Under the pieces are notes generated by a model. That model was not told where the DNA came from. It saw only the letters and a list, made by a program, of their open reading frames with translations, and searched no databases. The translations under genes were made by a program, and so were the position numbers. Below are positions 39,559 through 48,870 of a stretch of 64,000 nucleotides of DNA, one piece after another (within the stretch, counting starts at the first letter, position 1; the number at the start of each line of letters is the position of its first letter). The DNA comes from Candidatus Obscuribacteraceae bacterium (GTDB lineage Bacteria > Cyanobacteriota > Vampirovibrionia > Obscuribacterales > Obscuribacteraceae), in NCBI GenBank assembly GCA_044226015.1, contig JBGAHS010000001.1, forward strand, positions 896,001 through 960,000. Reading direction: 5' to 3'.

Positions 39559-41967
39559 GTGGCGATAAAACTTGAGGTTTTGGCTGTGAATCATGTTCTT
39601 CTTACCGCTCTAAGCTCTATATTGCTTGCATCAACGCTCAATATGTCTCTTGCTTACACTGACTCGGCGGCGGTTTCCGCATCTTCTAAAAAGTCTGCAG
39701 ATAGTAAGAAAGCTTCGTCCAGTAAAAAGTCTGGCTTTAAAAAGGCTGCTGCTGATAACGATGGAATAGCGCCATCGGTTCGCGCTTTCATCAACAAAGG
39801 GCAATGGCCAGATGCCATAGCAAAACTTGAAGAACTAACCGCCTCTGACACGACGGCGGGACGCAATGAGGCCTGGTTGGCTTTCTGTTATCTCTACACA
39901 GGCGCTAAAGACAAGATTGGCGACTTGAACAAAAAAGTAAAAGCGATGAGCGTTGACGATAAGGACAAAAACGCTCCGCTCATTGTGGAAGGACTTACTC
40001 TCACCACACAAGGCAAGCTTGATGATGCGGAAAAACTCTTGAATAGCATTGCAGTGAATGACGATGCTTTGTTAGAGTTCAGCAGAGCATGCGTTGCGCT
40101 GAAAAAGGGAAATGCTGCTTCCGCTGCTGAGTATTGCGAGAGAGTTGTAGGGCTATGTCCGAACTTTGCCTGGGGCTATAGAACATTAGGATTCATCCAG
40201 GAAAAGTCGCTGAAGAATCCACAGCTTGCCGAACGTGCTTATGTGAAATCGCTTTCTATTGAACCTGATTCGACTCAGGTCAGAAACCTTCTAATTGACA
40301 TACGTCTTGCAAAAAATGATTTTGACGGAGCAATAGATGTCGCTCGTACAGCCATTCAAGACTTCCCTCATGATGCGGCAAATTACTATCGCCTTGCTCA
40401 AATTTACCAACAGCAGTGGCGTTTAATTGAGGCGCTTGAGCAATTGAACAAATCTGTTTCAATTGACGCTAACGAACCGCGTTATTACAGAGCTATGGCA
40501 ACCATCTATAGATATCAGGGTAAACTTCAAGAAGCTATTAATGAGCAACAGCACGCTGTTGAGCTTAGCAAGAAGGACCAAGATTTTGAACTTGTAGAAC
40601 TTGCAAATTTGCAAGAATTGAATCAGAACACTAGCAAAGCAGTTGAATCGCTTCAGCAAGCATTGAAAATTGCGCCATCGAACGCAGTGGCAGATCAAAA
40701 ACTCGTCGCCTTACTCAAGAAAGAGGGAAGAAACGATGAGTTAATTGCTGAGTATAAGAGAGTTATAGAGCTGCAGCCCAAGGTCTCTTCTCTCAGGTTG
40801 AATTTGGCCGATGCTTACCGCCATGCGGGAAAAACAGATGAAGCAATTGAGCAATTGAAGGAAGCTGCAAATTTAGATCAGAAAGATCCTCGTCCGCACA
40901 GAGCCATTGCAAAAATAGAATTAGAAAAGAAGAACTATGGCGCGGCGGCGAAGTCCTACATACGTGCGTTGAACATCAACCCTGCTTCCGTGGAAGATCT
41001 GGTGGCGCTCGGATTTTGTTATGCCAATAACTACGATTATGTTCAAGCAGAAACCGCTTTTACGACCGGTATTGCTCTGCAACAACTTGGACAGAGCACG
41101 GGCAACGCAAGCCAGGTAAATCCGAATGACATTATGCGTTCGCTCGCTTCTGTATTTTTCTCGGAGGGACGTTATAGAGAATCAGTAGTCACGCTCGAGG
41201 GAGTTGTGCTCAGCGAGAAAGAGGGCAAGCAGAAGAAGCTTGACCAGTTCTTGTTGAGTGAAGGAAAAGCTCTGAGAGATCGAAATGCAGATTCATTCAA
41301 AGAGTTGCAAAAAAGCTTTGACGATATGGACCATGAAGATCAACTGTCGAGTCTCGATGATTATGTGCTGACTCTGCAGAAGTTGAACAAGAAAGAATTT
41401 GCAATCGAAGTGGTTAAGAAGTTCCCCGAAGGAGAACTTAAGGAAAAGGCGCCACTGGTGCTTGCTACTATGTGGATGGCTGATAATCGCACCAGAGAAT
41501 CTAAAGACCTTATCAATGCTGTCATCGAGAAGAGCAAGGCTGACGCTGCTGATGAATCAACTGCTTACCTTGCTCTTGCTAAAGCAATGCAAAAAGACAA
41601 TGATAGAAAGTCTGCAGGTGACGCGCTGCAAAAAGCTGTTGAACTAAATCCAAAAGACTTCCAGGCTCTAGTAGATCTTGGACGTTTCCAACTTTCTGAG
41701 AAAAAATACTCCGAGGCTCAGCAGGCTGCGCAAAAGGCTCTCGAAGTCAATCCTTATTGTGTGCCTGCATTCATTTTGCTGGCTGAGAATTACGCGGCGC
41801 AAGATAAGTTGAAAGACGCAGAGTCGAATTTCTTGAAAGCAACAGAGTTATATCCAACATCAATCGATGCACATAAGGGTTTGCTCGGTGTTTTCCAGAA
41901 GGAATCAAAGACTGCAGAAGCTCAGCGAGAGCAAGAAATCATCAATAATTTGAGCAAAAACGGTTAA
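39559..41967 (+). CDS. Secreted multi-TPR protein
   Basis: Signal peptide; many 34-aa TPR units (for example AANYYRLAQIYQQQWRLIEALEQLNKSVSIDA). Confidence 0.88.
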   Translation: MAIKLEVLAVNHVLLTALSSILLASTLNMSLAYTDSAAVSASSKKSADSKKASSSKKSGFKKAAADNDGIAPSVRAFINKGQWPDAIAKLEELTASDTTAGRNEAWLAFCYLYTGAKDKIGDLNKKVKAMSVDDKDKNAPLIVEGLTLTTQGKLDDAEKLLNSIAVNDDALLEFSRACVALKKGNAASAAEYCERVVGLCPNFAWGYRTLGFIQEKSLKNPQLAERAYVKSLSIEPDSTQVRNLLIDIRLAKNDFDGAIDVARTAIQDFPHDAANYYRLAQIYQQQWRLIEALEQLNKSVSIDANEPRYYRAMATIYRYQGKLQEAINEQQHAVELSKKDQDFELVELANLQELNQNTSKAVESLQQALKIAPSNAVADQKLVALLKKEGRNDELIAEYKRVIELQPKVSSLRLNLADAYRHAGKTDEAIEQLKEAANLDQKDPRPHRAIAKIELEKKNYGAAAKSYIRALNINPASVEDLVALGFCYANNYDYVQAETAFTTGIALQQLGQSTGNASQVNPNDIMRSLASVFFSEGRYRESVVTLEGVVLSEKEGKQKKLDQFLLSEGKALRDRNADSFKELQKSFDDMDHEDQLSSLDDYVLTLQKLNKKEFAIEVVKKFPEGELKEKAPLVLATMWMADNRTRESKDLINAVIEKSKADAADESTAYLALAKAMQKDNDRKSAGDALQKAVELNPKDFQALVDLGRFQLSEKKYSEAQQAAQKALEVNPYCVPAFILLAENYAAQDKLKDAESNFLKATELYPTSIDAHKGLLGVFQKESKTAEAQREQEIINNLSKNG

Positions 41968-42053
41968 GTACCGAATCGAAACAGAGATCAGTTTCTAAAG
42001 TGTCTGTCGCTTAATTTGGTTTGCCTCATGTAATCGTGAGGTATGATCGAAGG

Positions 42054-42941
42054 ATGAAAGAGAAGCTGCTTCGACTTGGAAAACTCCTTATACGGGCTAT
42101 GCTTATAGCGCTTATCATAGTTTTGCTTGGCACTTATATTTTGCTTTGCCCGTCGGTGCTAAGCCGCATTTGTGGTGACGTCATTCTGATACCACGCCAA
42201 CCAGGCGAAGAGTACACATGTGATTCAGTCAACAACATAAAGCGCGAAGAGACTTTCATCACAAATAACAACGGTGATAAATTACATTCGTGGTTATTCA
42301 AGTCGCCAGAAGCGGATGCGCCGGTTGTTTTGTATTGCCATGGAAACGCTGGCAACATTGGACATCGACTTATGCTTGCGAAGTATTTACTTGATGCAGG
42401 TGCTTCTGTTTTGCTATTTGATTATCGTGCTTATGGAAAAAGCAGCGGAAAAAAGAACTTGCCGGGGCTCATTGACGATTCTCAAGCTGCCTACGATTAT
42501 CTCGTCAATGTAAAAAAATACAAGCCATCGCAGATAGTAATTTATGGTGAATCAATTGGTGGTGGAACGGCTTGTGCCCTTGCTTCGAAGGTTGAATCAG
42601 GTGGGCTGATTTTAGATTCGACATTCACGTCCTTGCTTCAAATTGCAAAAAAGAAGGTTTCGTACTTCCGTCTTTATCCGGACTTCTGCCAGTTTTATCC
42701 TGAATTCAATAATCTAGAAACGCTCAAAGGTAAACATGCTCCGCTTCTAATAATGCATGGAAAAATTGATGAGTTGATTCCCTTCGAAGAAGCACAGCAG
42801 AATTTTGCTGCGGCCAGCGAACCAAAAGAGCTTCTGGAGTTGCCCAATTCCACTCATAATTGGAAACAGCCTGACGAAAAACTATATATAGATGGTGCGC
42901 GAAAATTCTTCGAGAAGGTTCGAGCGAATAGTTCGACTTAA
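42054..42941 (+). CDS. Membrane-anchored alpha/beta hydrolase (ABHD13/17-like)
   Basis: N-terminal TM helix, YCHGNAGNI, DYRAYGKS, GESIGG, HGKIDELIP, THN. ATG 42054 preferred. Confidence 0.88.
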   Translation: MKEKLLRLGKLLIRAMLIALIIVLLGTYILLCPSVLSRICGDVILIPRQPGEEYTCDSVNNIKREETFITNNNGDKLHSWLFKSPEADAPVVLYCHGNAGNIGHRLMLAKYLLDAGASVLLFDYRAYGKSSGKKNLPGLIDDSQAAYDYLVNVKKYKPSQIVIYGESIGGGTACALASKVESGGLILDSTFTSLLQIAKKKVSYFRLYPDFCQFYPEFNNLETLKGKHAPLLIMHGKIDELIPFEEAQQNFAAASEPKELLELPNSTHNWKQPDEKLYIDGARKFFEKVRANSST

Positions 42942-43244
42942 AGCCAATCAATAGGCAGATGTATTTTAGGCAAATAGTCCTGCTTATGATAGCGTCAATA
43001 TCACATCGTAAAAACACCATTGAACTGGAAGTCGGAATTGTATAGTTTTCTCTCAGGCTATGTTTTTCGGTTATCGGTAATCGTTGCGTGCAAGATCCGG
43101 GAGGTTGCAGCACGCGAGTGATTAGTGAGCGGCACGATTCTCTTCGAGAATCGACACCCCGAGTCCGTCTCTTAATTTCTCCTGTTTGTGCTGGTGCTTC
43201 GCGTATACGAAGCCTGAGTTATCTCAGGTATAGGAGCCAAACAG

Positions 43245-44168
43245 ATGCCAGATTTAAACAACGCTGAACTTTTGAATGCACCAGAGAAAGTAAATCAGGT
43301 TCCACAGCTAAACACTGTGGGAGATAGACTTCGTCTGGAAGCAAATCTACTCGGGGGTGGAGTAAAAGACGGATTTATGGATCGCCTTAATCAGGCGCGA
43401 GAAAACCCAGGTATAACTGCTCTTGAATTTGCTGGTGCTGCTGCACTGGGGGCAGGGCTGACGGCCATGAAAAGCGCCGGAGGTCGTTGGGAGAAAGCTG
43501 CTGCTATTGCTGGTGAAGGACTTAAGTGGGTTGCTATCGGAGATGCCGCTCGGCGAGTCGTTCCATCGGCGTATGCTGCCGTTGATACCATGATTAATCC
43601 GCAAAATTATTTGGAAAATCGTGCGATAGTTGCTCAATATCTTGGCGGTGCTGCTTTTGATTATCCATTGATGATGGCAGGAGGATATGCAGGGTCGGCC
43701 GCAGTAAATTATGGACCGCGTGCGCTATCATCGATGACCGAGCGCTTCAAGTCGCGCGCATCAGAGCCGGTAACAATACCGAATGCTGATGTGCTTGCGA
43801 AGGTGGGTGAGATCAAATTTCCTACAAACACTCCCGGAGATCTTTCCGCAAAACTGGCTAATGGGCAGTTCGCTGCCAATCCCGCCAAAACACTTGCTGA
43901 AGCCAGTGCTGCCAGATCTGCACCGAACCTTAAACTGCCAGAGCTCAAAATAACTGATGGAAAGCCAGTTTTAGAAATGCCTGCTAAGACAATAAAGCCC
44001 ACTGATTTTAACCCATACGAGTTTAAGCCTTTGGATGCTTTGATGGTGAAGCCGAAGCTTGATTTCAGCATAAAGCCTATGGTCACAACCAGAATGACAG
44101 TGTTCCCAATCATTCCTTTGCCCACCACAGATAGTGTCGTGCTGCAATTGAAAAAAGCAAAAGAATAG
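43245..44168 (+). CDS. Hypothetical protein with Gly/Ala-rich hydrophobic helices and a Pro/Lys-rich tail
   Basis: 307-aa ORF with AGGAG RBS; no recognised domain. Confidence 0.65.
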   Translation: MPDLNNAELLNAPEKVNQVPQLNTVGDRLRLEANLLGGGVKDGFMDRLNQARENPGITALEFAGAAALGAGLTAMKSAGGRWEKAAAIAGEGLKWVAIGDAARRVVPSAYAAVDTMINPQNYLENRAIVAQYLGGAAFDYPLMMAGGYAGSAAVNYGPRALSSMTERFKSRASEPVTIPNADVLAKVGEIKFPTNTPGDLSAKLANGQFAANPAKTLAEASAARSAPNLKLPELKITDGKPVLEMPAKTIKPTDFNPYEFKPLDALMVKPKLDFSIKPMVTTRMTVFPIIPLPTTDSVVLQLKKAKE

Positions 44169-44193
44169 AGATGCGTCTCGCCTGAAAATATGG

Positions 44194-44225
44194 TACTCAC
44201 ATCGAGCCTGAGCCCGATGTGAGTA
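44194..44225. terminator. Hairpin between convergent genes, probably a terminator
   Basis: TACTCACATCG / CGATGTGAGTA 11-bp inverted repeat with a 10-nt loop; U-tracts are weak. Confidence 0.5.
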
Positions 44226-44284
44226 TTTCCATTCACGGATGCTAATTGATTTATACCACGTCTTTTCTTAAACGTTTCCGCGAT

Positions 44285-44902
44285 TTAACGCTTCATCTGA
44301 CGAATTGCGGCGTCAGTTCGTTGCAACAATGTAAGTGACGCTAAAGGTATAAATAGAACGAACATAACTTCGAATACCGAAAAGCCGGCAATTTGCGAGT
44401 TAGGTTTTAGCAAGTAGACCATGCAGAAGAAAATGAGCAGAATGATGCGATTAGATTTGCAAAGCAAACCTCCGTTGCAATCTGTGGCGCCCTGGCTTCT
44501 TGCAAGTTCACCAACATAACTAACCAGTAGCATCGAGACGATGGCTAACAAAACCAGGTGAACTCGAAGGGAATCCCAGAAGGCAAAACCTAGCAACATT
44601 GATATATCAGCCAGTCGTGCGCATAGGCTACTAATCAGATGGCTCGGTGCTCGCTCCGTGCTGGCTCCCATGGTCAGAAGCTCTTCAGTGGAGTCACTTA
44701 CGAATCTTAGAGTCAAGACCAGCGCAGCCACAGCCACCAGGGCTGGATAGTACTGCGCCTGAGCAAAATAGAGCAAACCACCTGAGACTGATGAAAGGAA
44801 TAAGGAACAGTAGGCAAACGCCTCTGGCGGAACCTTTTCCAGGTTCTTTGAGTGAGGCTTGAGTTGCTTCTGGAGCCAGACTGTGACTCCGTTCGTGTCC
44901 AC
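44285..44902 (-). CDS. CDP-alcohol phosphatidyltransferase-fold membrane protein with a degenerate active-site motif
   Basis: About 6 TM segments; RLADI, LVSYVG, GGLLCKSNR and TLLQR match the fold; the catalytic Asp motif is eroded. Confidence 0.6.
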   Translation of the reverse strand: MDTNGVTVWLQKQLKPHSKNLEKVPPEAFAYCSLFLSSVSGGLLYFAQAQYYPALVAVAALVLTLRFVSDSTEELLTMGASTERAPSHLISSLCARLADISMLLGFAFWDSLRVHLVLLAIVSMLLVSYVGELARSQGATDCNGGLLCKSNRIILLIFFCMVYLLKPNSQIAGFSVFEVMFVLFIPLASLTLLQRTDAAIRQMKR

Positions 44903-44991
44903 TTGACTTCTCCTTCTGGTAAATGGAATGTACCCACTTAATGAATCGTTCTAAGCATCAATTGGGATATCTCGGTTTTGGCTTCACTTTA

Positions 44992-45053
44992 GGCATCGCT
45001 TTACCTTGGGCATCGCTTACCTTGGGCATCGCTTTACTTTGGGCATCGCTTTA
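44992..45053. repeat. 16-17-bp intergenic tandem repeat, about 4 units (GGCATCGCTTTACCTTG)
   Basis: Units at 44992, 45009, 45025 and 45042. Confidence 0.85.
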
Positions 45054-45087
45054 AGTTGTAGTGCAGCTTCGGATTGGTGTGGACGGG

Positions 45088-46170
45088 TTACTTCGATGAC
45101 TCTGGGGCTGGCTTCGGCGGCTGGCGAATCTCTTTTGCTGCCTGGAGTAACTCGTGAAGCACTCCACGATTTCTCAGCTCGGCGAATGGCTTATATTCGA
45201 CCATGTGGTATTTCGCGCCTTTTGCAACTAAGTTTCTGTCGAGGTCATCAAAAAGTTCCTCCGCTGTGATGGATTCTCCCACCTGCAGGAATGTGACTAT
45301 GACCTCTCCTTGTCTTGTCATTTTCTTTGATGCTTCGATCAAAACTTCTTGCAGCGGCGGTCCGATGTTTTCTATTCCATCTGTTATGACCACAACGATG
45401 CAAGGTTTAGACTTTGCCTTGCGTCGAGAAAAGTAGTCTTGCAATACTCCTTGCAGAGGTGTACCGATGTCCTTATGTTCCCCTCTCGGGCGGGCCCCAT
45501 CAAATACCTGGCGCAAATCGAACAGAGTAACACCTGTTTTTGTTTCCACTCTGTCGCTAAAGAGATGTATGTCAAAACCACCTTCGAGAACACGATCAGT
45601 TGCAAGATAAACGTTGTCGATTTGCTCTTTGCACCACATCCATTTGCTGATATCTCCTGGAACCCCAGCGTGCATGTCTTCCATTGATTTCGAGCGATCA
45701 AGCAGTATCACAACTTTGATATCTCGCAGCTTTTTCAGCTCATTATCAAATGGCGAATCACCGAATGAAAACTTGATTTTTCTATTCTCGAATTCACTTC
45801 TCAGTCCTTTAACATTAGTGGCGATTTTTGCCTGGTATTTTTTGCCAGCGCGTTCAATGTCTAGTGTCACTGAGTCATCATCATATCTTGCATTAAGTAT
45901 GGTGTCTCCAGTTCTCAACCCGGAGTATGCAGCCGCGCTTCCCAGGCTTATTTTCTCAACTTTTCCGCGAAGCTTGCCGGACGAAATGCGCAAGCCTGTT
46001 GAAGAGCACAAATATGAAAGTTCATCGATTTCACCATACAAGGTGATGCCGCTAGATTTTTGCTTTGGGCTCTTGTCGGAATGTGGTGATGCTGCTGATA
46101 CCGAATGTAGTGGTACGACGAAGCACATTGCGAGGCAGCTTATTATTGTACCTATGTTATTTGGCGCCAT
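45088..46170 (-). CDS. Secreted PDZ plus VWA domain protein
   Basis: Signal peptide from ATG 46170, which overlaps the upstream stop; GSAAAYSGLRTGDTIL (PDZ); LLDRSKSM (DxSxS) and VITDG (MIDAS). Confidence 0.8.
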   Translation of the reverse strand: MAPNNIGTIISCLAMCFVVPLHSVSAASPHSDKSPKQKSSGITLYGEIDELSYLCSSTGLRISSGKLRGKVEKISLGSAAAYSGLRTGDTILNARYDDDSVTLDIERAGKKYQAKIATNVKGLRSEFENRKIKFSFGDSPFDNELKKLRDIKVVILLDRSKSMEDMHAGVPGDISKWMWCKEQIDNVYLATDRVLEGGFDIHLFSDRVETKTGVTLFDLRQVFDGARPRGEHKDIGTPLQGVLQDYFSRRKAKSKPCIVVVITDGIENIGPPLQEVLIEASKKMTRQGEVIVTFLQVGESITAEELFDDLDRNLVAKGAKYHMVEYKPFAELRNRGVLHELLQAAKEIRQPPKPAPESSK

Positions 46171-47650
46171 TGGCTTTCCTGTCCGTTGACGGTAGCTTCT
46201 TCGCTTCTCCAGCGCTGAGTGGCACTGCTGGTTGGACTCGGAGCTTCGCAGTGGTTTGTTTGACGATGGTTTTATTGTCTGAGCGATCACCGAAGTTGAC
46301 GTAATTCCTCGTGTACATATCAGTTCCTTGAGGAACGAGTTGAATATTGCCGCTTGGCTTTTGCAGCTGAGAATTCATCTGTCCGGTTTGCGCCACCATT
46401 CCGCCTAGTTTCTCCTTTCCACCAGCGATGATGAGGTCGGCTTCTCGGTAAAAAGTATCTTCCATTTCCTTGATGCGTTTCTTCGAACGTTCCACAACCA
46501 GCTGAATTTCTTGATCCATCGGAGACAATTGATCTTTGTTTGCTCGCGGAACTTTTGCAGCAGCAATGTATGTCGCCGGGTCGTACTGCGTGTTTCTCAA
46601 GTTGTATTTATTGCTGCCATAATTTACTTTGATTGATATCACGTCGTGAATCAAGTTCGTCTTAAGCAGGGCTAGTTGTTGATCTAGAACGTCTTGTTTT
46701 GTTTCAATGCTGCTCTTTATTTGAAAGAAAACCTGTTTCGCCAGTCGTCTGGCTGAGCCCTGATAAGTCGGCAGCTCTCCAAAAATGTCTTTGACCGTCA
46801 AAAATTTTGAGGTCAACTCTGGAGTTACGTCAGTAGCAAACGGATCAAATGGAGTTTCTGTTTTGAAGTAATCCAACAGCGACCCTAGAGCGGTTTTGGA
46901 ATCATCGATTTTTTCTGTTGGCAGTTGTGGAATTGCTCTCACATCGATTTTGTCAGGCGCCATGATGCGGTTTTCCGTGCGCAGTTCTTTTGTTTGTAAT
47001 TCCTGTATTTTATTTTCTGTTTCTCGTTGTAGCTTTTCGAGATCAGTAGCGTAGTTCGGGTTACCTTTGGCACTGAGCGACTGCATGTCTTCTTGCATCA
47101 GCAACCAGTGATGGTCTACTTTCGCCTTGAAAGTTTGCCTCAAGGCTCTAATGCGCACGACTGCATCGTTGAATGCCTTGTCTAGTGCTTTATTGCTCAT
47201 AAGCGAATCTTTTGACGCAGCGGTTTGTGCCGGGTCTGGACTCTCGTCTTTCGGAGGAGGGGGCGGTGGCTCGGACTTTGGCATCGTTGAAAGCGTTTCA
47301 AGGGCGCTCAGGGAATATTTTCCTGCCTGGCTTGCCGGAGCGACTCTAACGCATGCACTGAACATGTGCGCGGCCTGGTCATTCTGCTTTATTTGTAAAT
47401 AGCAATTTCCCAGATAGTAGTAAACTTCTGCATCTTCAGGCTTTAATCTGGCACGTGCTGTCAAAAATCTTATGGCATTGTTGTAGTCCCCACGTTTGAA
47501 GCACGCAACACCTTGTTGAGTCATTTTTGTGCTATCAACCTGAGTAAGTTCATTTGCCAGGGCGGAACAGCTTGGGCACAAAACAAGCCCAATACTAAAG
47601 CTGAAGCTCAAAACTCGGTTTATGAGGCTCGTTTGCCTTTTTCTAGTCAT
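46157..47650 (-). CDS. Secreted TPR protein with coiled-coil regions
   Basis: Signal peptide; TPRs (AEVYYYLGNCY); poly-Pro linker; helical C-terminal region. Confidence 0.78.
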   Translation of the reverse strand: MTRKRQTSLINRVLSFSFSIGLVLCPSCSALANELTQVDSTKMTQQGVACFKRGDYNNAIRFLTARARLKPEDAEVYYYLGNCYLQIKQNDQAAHMFSACVRVAPASQAGKYSLSALETLSTMPKSEPPPPPPKDESPDPAQTAASKDSLMSNKALDKAFNDAVVRIRALRQTFKAKVDHHWLLMQEDMQSLSAKGNPNYATDLEKLQRETENKIQELQTKELRTENRIMAPDKIDVRAIPQLPTEKIDDSKTALGSLLDYFKTETPFDPFATDVTPELTSKFLTVKDIFGELPTYQGSARRLAKQVFFQIKSSIETKQDVLDQQLALLKTNLIHDVISIKVNYGSNKYNLRNTQYDPATYIAAAKVPRANKDQLSPMDQEIQLVVERSKKRIKEMEDTFYREADLIIAGGKEKLGGMVAQTGQMNSQLQKPSGNIQLVPQGTDMYTRNYVNFGDRSDNKTIVKQTTAKLRVQPAVPLSAGEAKKLPSTDRKANGAK

Positions 47651-47810
47651 TCCGAATAAGCCTCGGGCAGCATCGCGTTCCTACATTTTACAAGGTACCC
47701 GACTTGGAAATCTGCCTAACTTTTCGTGACTTTATTAGACAAAAGCTTGCTGATTGTCGGCGGAGAGCTAATAGCGACTTGCTGTTCAATCCTTCTGGGA
47801 GAAATCGGGC

Positions 47811-47902
47811 GCGATTCGCTATGCTCAATCCTGCATGTAGCTGGAGCGATTTGCTGATCTCAATCCTGCGTATGGAGCTGGTGCGATTTGCTGATCTCAA
47901 TC
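47811..47902. repeat. Imperfect 35-37-bp tandem repeat, 2.5 units, intergenic
   Basis: GCGATT(T/C)GCT..TCTCAATCCTGC...AGCTGG units at 47811, 47846 and 47883. Confidence 0.8.
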
Positions 47903-47962
47903 ATTCGGGTAAACCTTGCGCGAAAGGCTATTAGCAGTTCTTCCGATAAACCTGGCGAGAAG

Positions 47963-48616
47963 CTAGTCGCGACCTTTCGGTGGACCACTATTTCCGTCAG
48001 CATTCCAGTTTTGCAGCCAGTCATATAGAAGCGATTCTAAGCTTGTCTTATAGATTGCTGAGCTTTCCCCGGTCATCATGAAGCACTCGTCTGATTGCTC
48101 TTTTCCTTTGGTCTTCTCAGTCACCTGTCGATGCGGACCAGTGCTCACCATGGTCGGTTCGATTCGAAGTTGATTTGAGTCCGGCTTGAACGCCGAAGAG
48201 CCCAACTTTAGTGTGGCTGAATCTGTCTGGCCAACAGCGGAGCCCTGGAGGTCGCATGCTGTTGCTAGATAAAAAGACAATTCAACGAAACTGCCCAAAT
48301 CGGCAACGTCTTGTTGCGTCAGTGGATCGAGGTTGCCGTTTTCTCGCCAGTCTTTAAGAACCGTGTCTAACACCACTTTCGCGGTCCAGTCTCGAATTTC
48401 TTTTGAAACAGTAAGCGGCAAGTATGAGAGTACAGGATCTATAACAACCTTGATCTGGCTTCTAATAAGCTCTTCAGTGTGCTTTTGGATGCGCCCAAAC
48501 GAGCTGCTGTTACTGGGCTCTGCACCGTATGCGGTGCCTGTCTCCTTGCCCTGCTCGCTTTGAGTTCCGTCCTTCAAGCTGATTCGCGTGATGAACTTCT
48601 GTAGAATCTTTTTCAA
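47963..48616 (-). CDS. Hypothetical protein, paralogue of 48871-49263
   Basis: Shares FGRIQ, LSxLP, DWxENxN, SFV and DWLxNWN..xNSGPP with the 130-aa ORF. Confidence 0.75.
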   Translation of the reverse strand: MKKILQKFITRISLKDGTQSEQGKETGTAYGAEPSNSSSFGRIQKHTEELIRSQIKVVIDPVLSYLPLTVSKEIRDWTAKVVLDTVLKDWRENGNLDPLTQQDVADLGSFVELSFYLATACDLQGSAVGQTDSATLKLGSSAFKPDSNQLRIEPTMVSTGPHRQVTEKTKGKEQSDECFMMTGESSAIYKTSLESLLYDWLQNWNADGNSGPPKGRD

Positions 48617-48631
48617 TCTTCAAACCATCGA

Positions 48632-48856
48632 CTAGGAAATAATGGCAGAAACTACTATAGCTGCAATTGCTATCATTACCGCTGCTAGCTTGATTGCTGC
48701 TGCGATGTTTCCTTTTTCAATTTCTGTTTTGTAATCGATTGGGTCTAATTTATCGAAAAGTACTGAACCAAAATAGAAAATCATCACTCCCAGAAAAGAC
48801 CATCCTAGCGATGCTACAACTCTGTAAGCCAGATCTCCAAGGTCATGTGAATGCAT
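48632..48856 (-). CDS. DUF350 family small membrane protein
   Basis: 74 aa, two TM helices, DKLDPIDYKTEIEKGNIAAAI signature; AAGGAG RBS. Confidence 0.85.
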   Translation of the reverse strand: MHSHDLGDLAYRVVASLGWSFLGVMIFYFGSVLFDKLDPIDYKTEIEKGNIAAAIKLAAVMIAIAAIVVSAIIS

Positions 48857-48870
48857 TGTTTTCTCCTTAC

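Noticed and set aside
43128..43170. c-di-GMP-I riboswitch
   Set aside because: Lacks the GGCAAA, GAAA tetraloop and GCAAAG elements and the second stem
46171..46290. Longer N-terminus of the VWA ORF
   Set aside because: It would overlap the TPR gene by over 130 bp; ATG 46170 gives an RBS and a signal peptide
47811..47902. Possible mini-CRISPR (36-bp period)
   Set aside because: Units are contiguous and similar along their whole length, with no spacers; kept only as a tandem repeat
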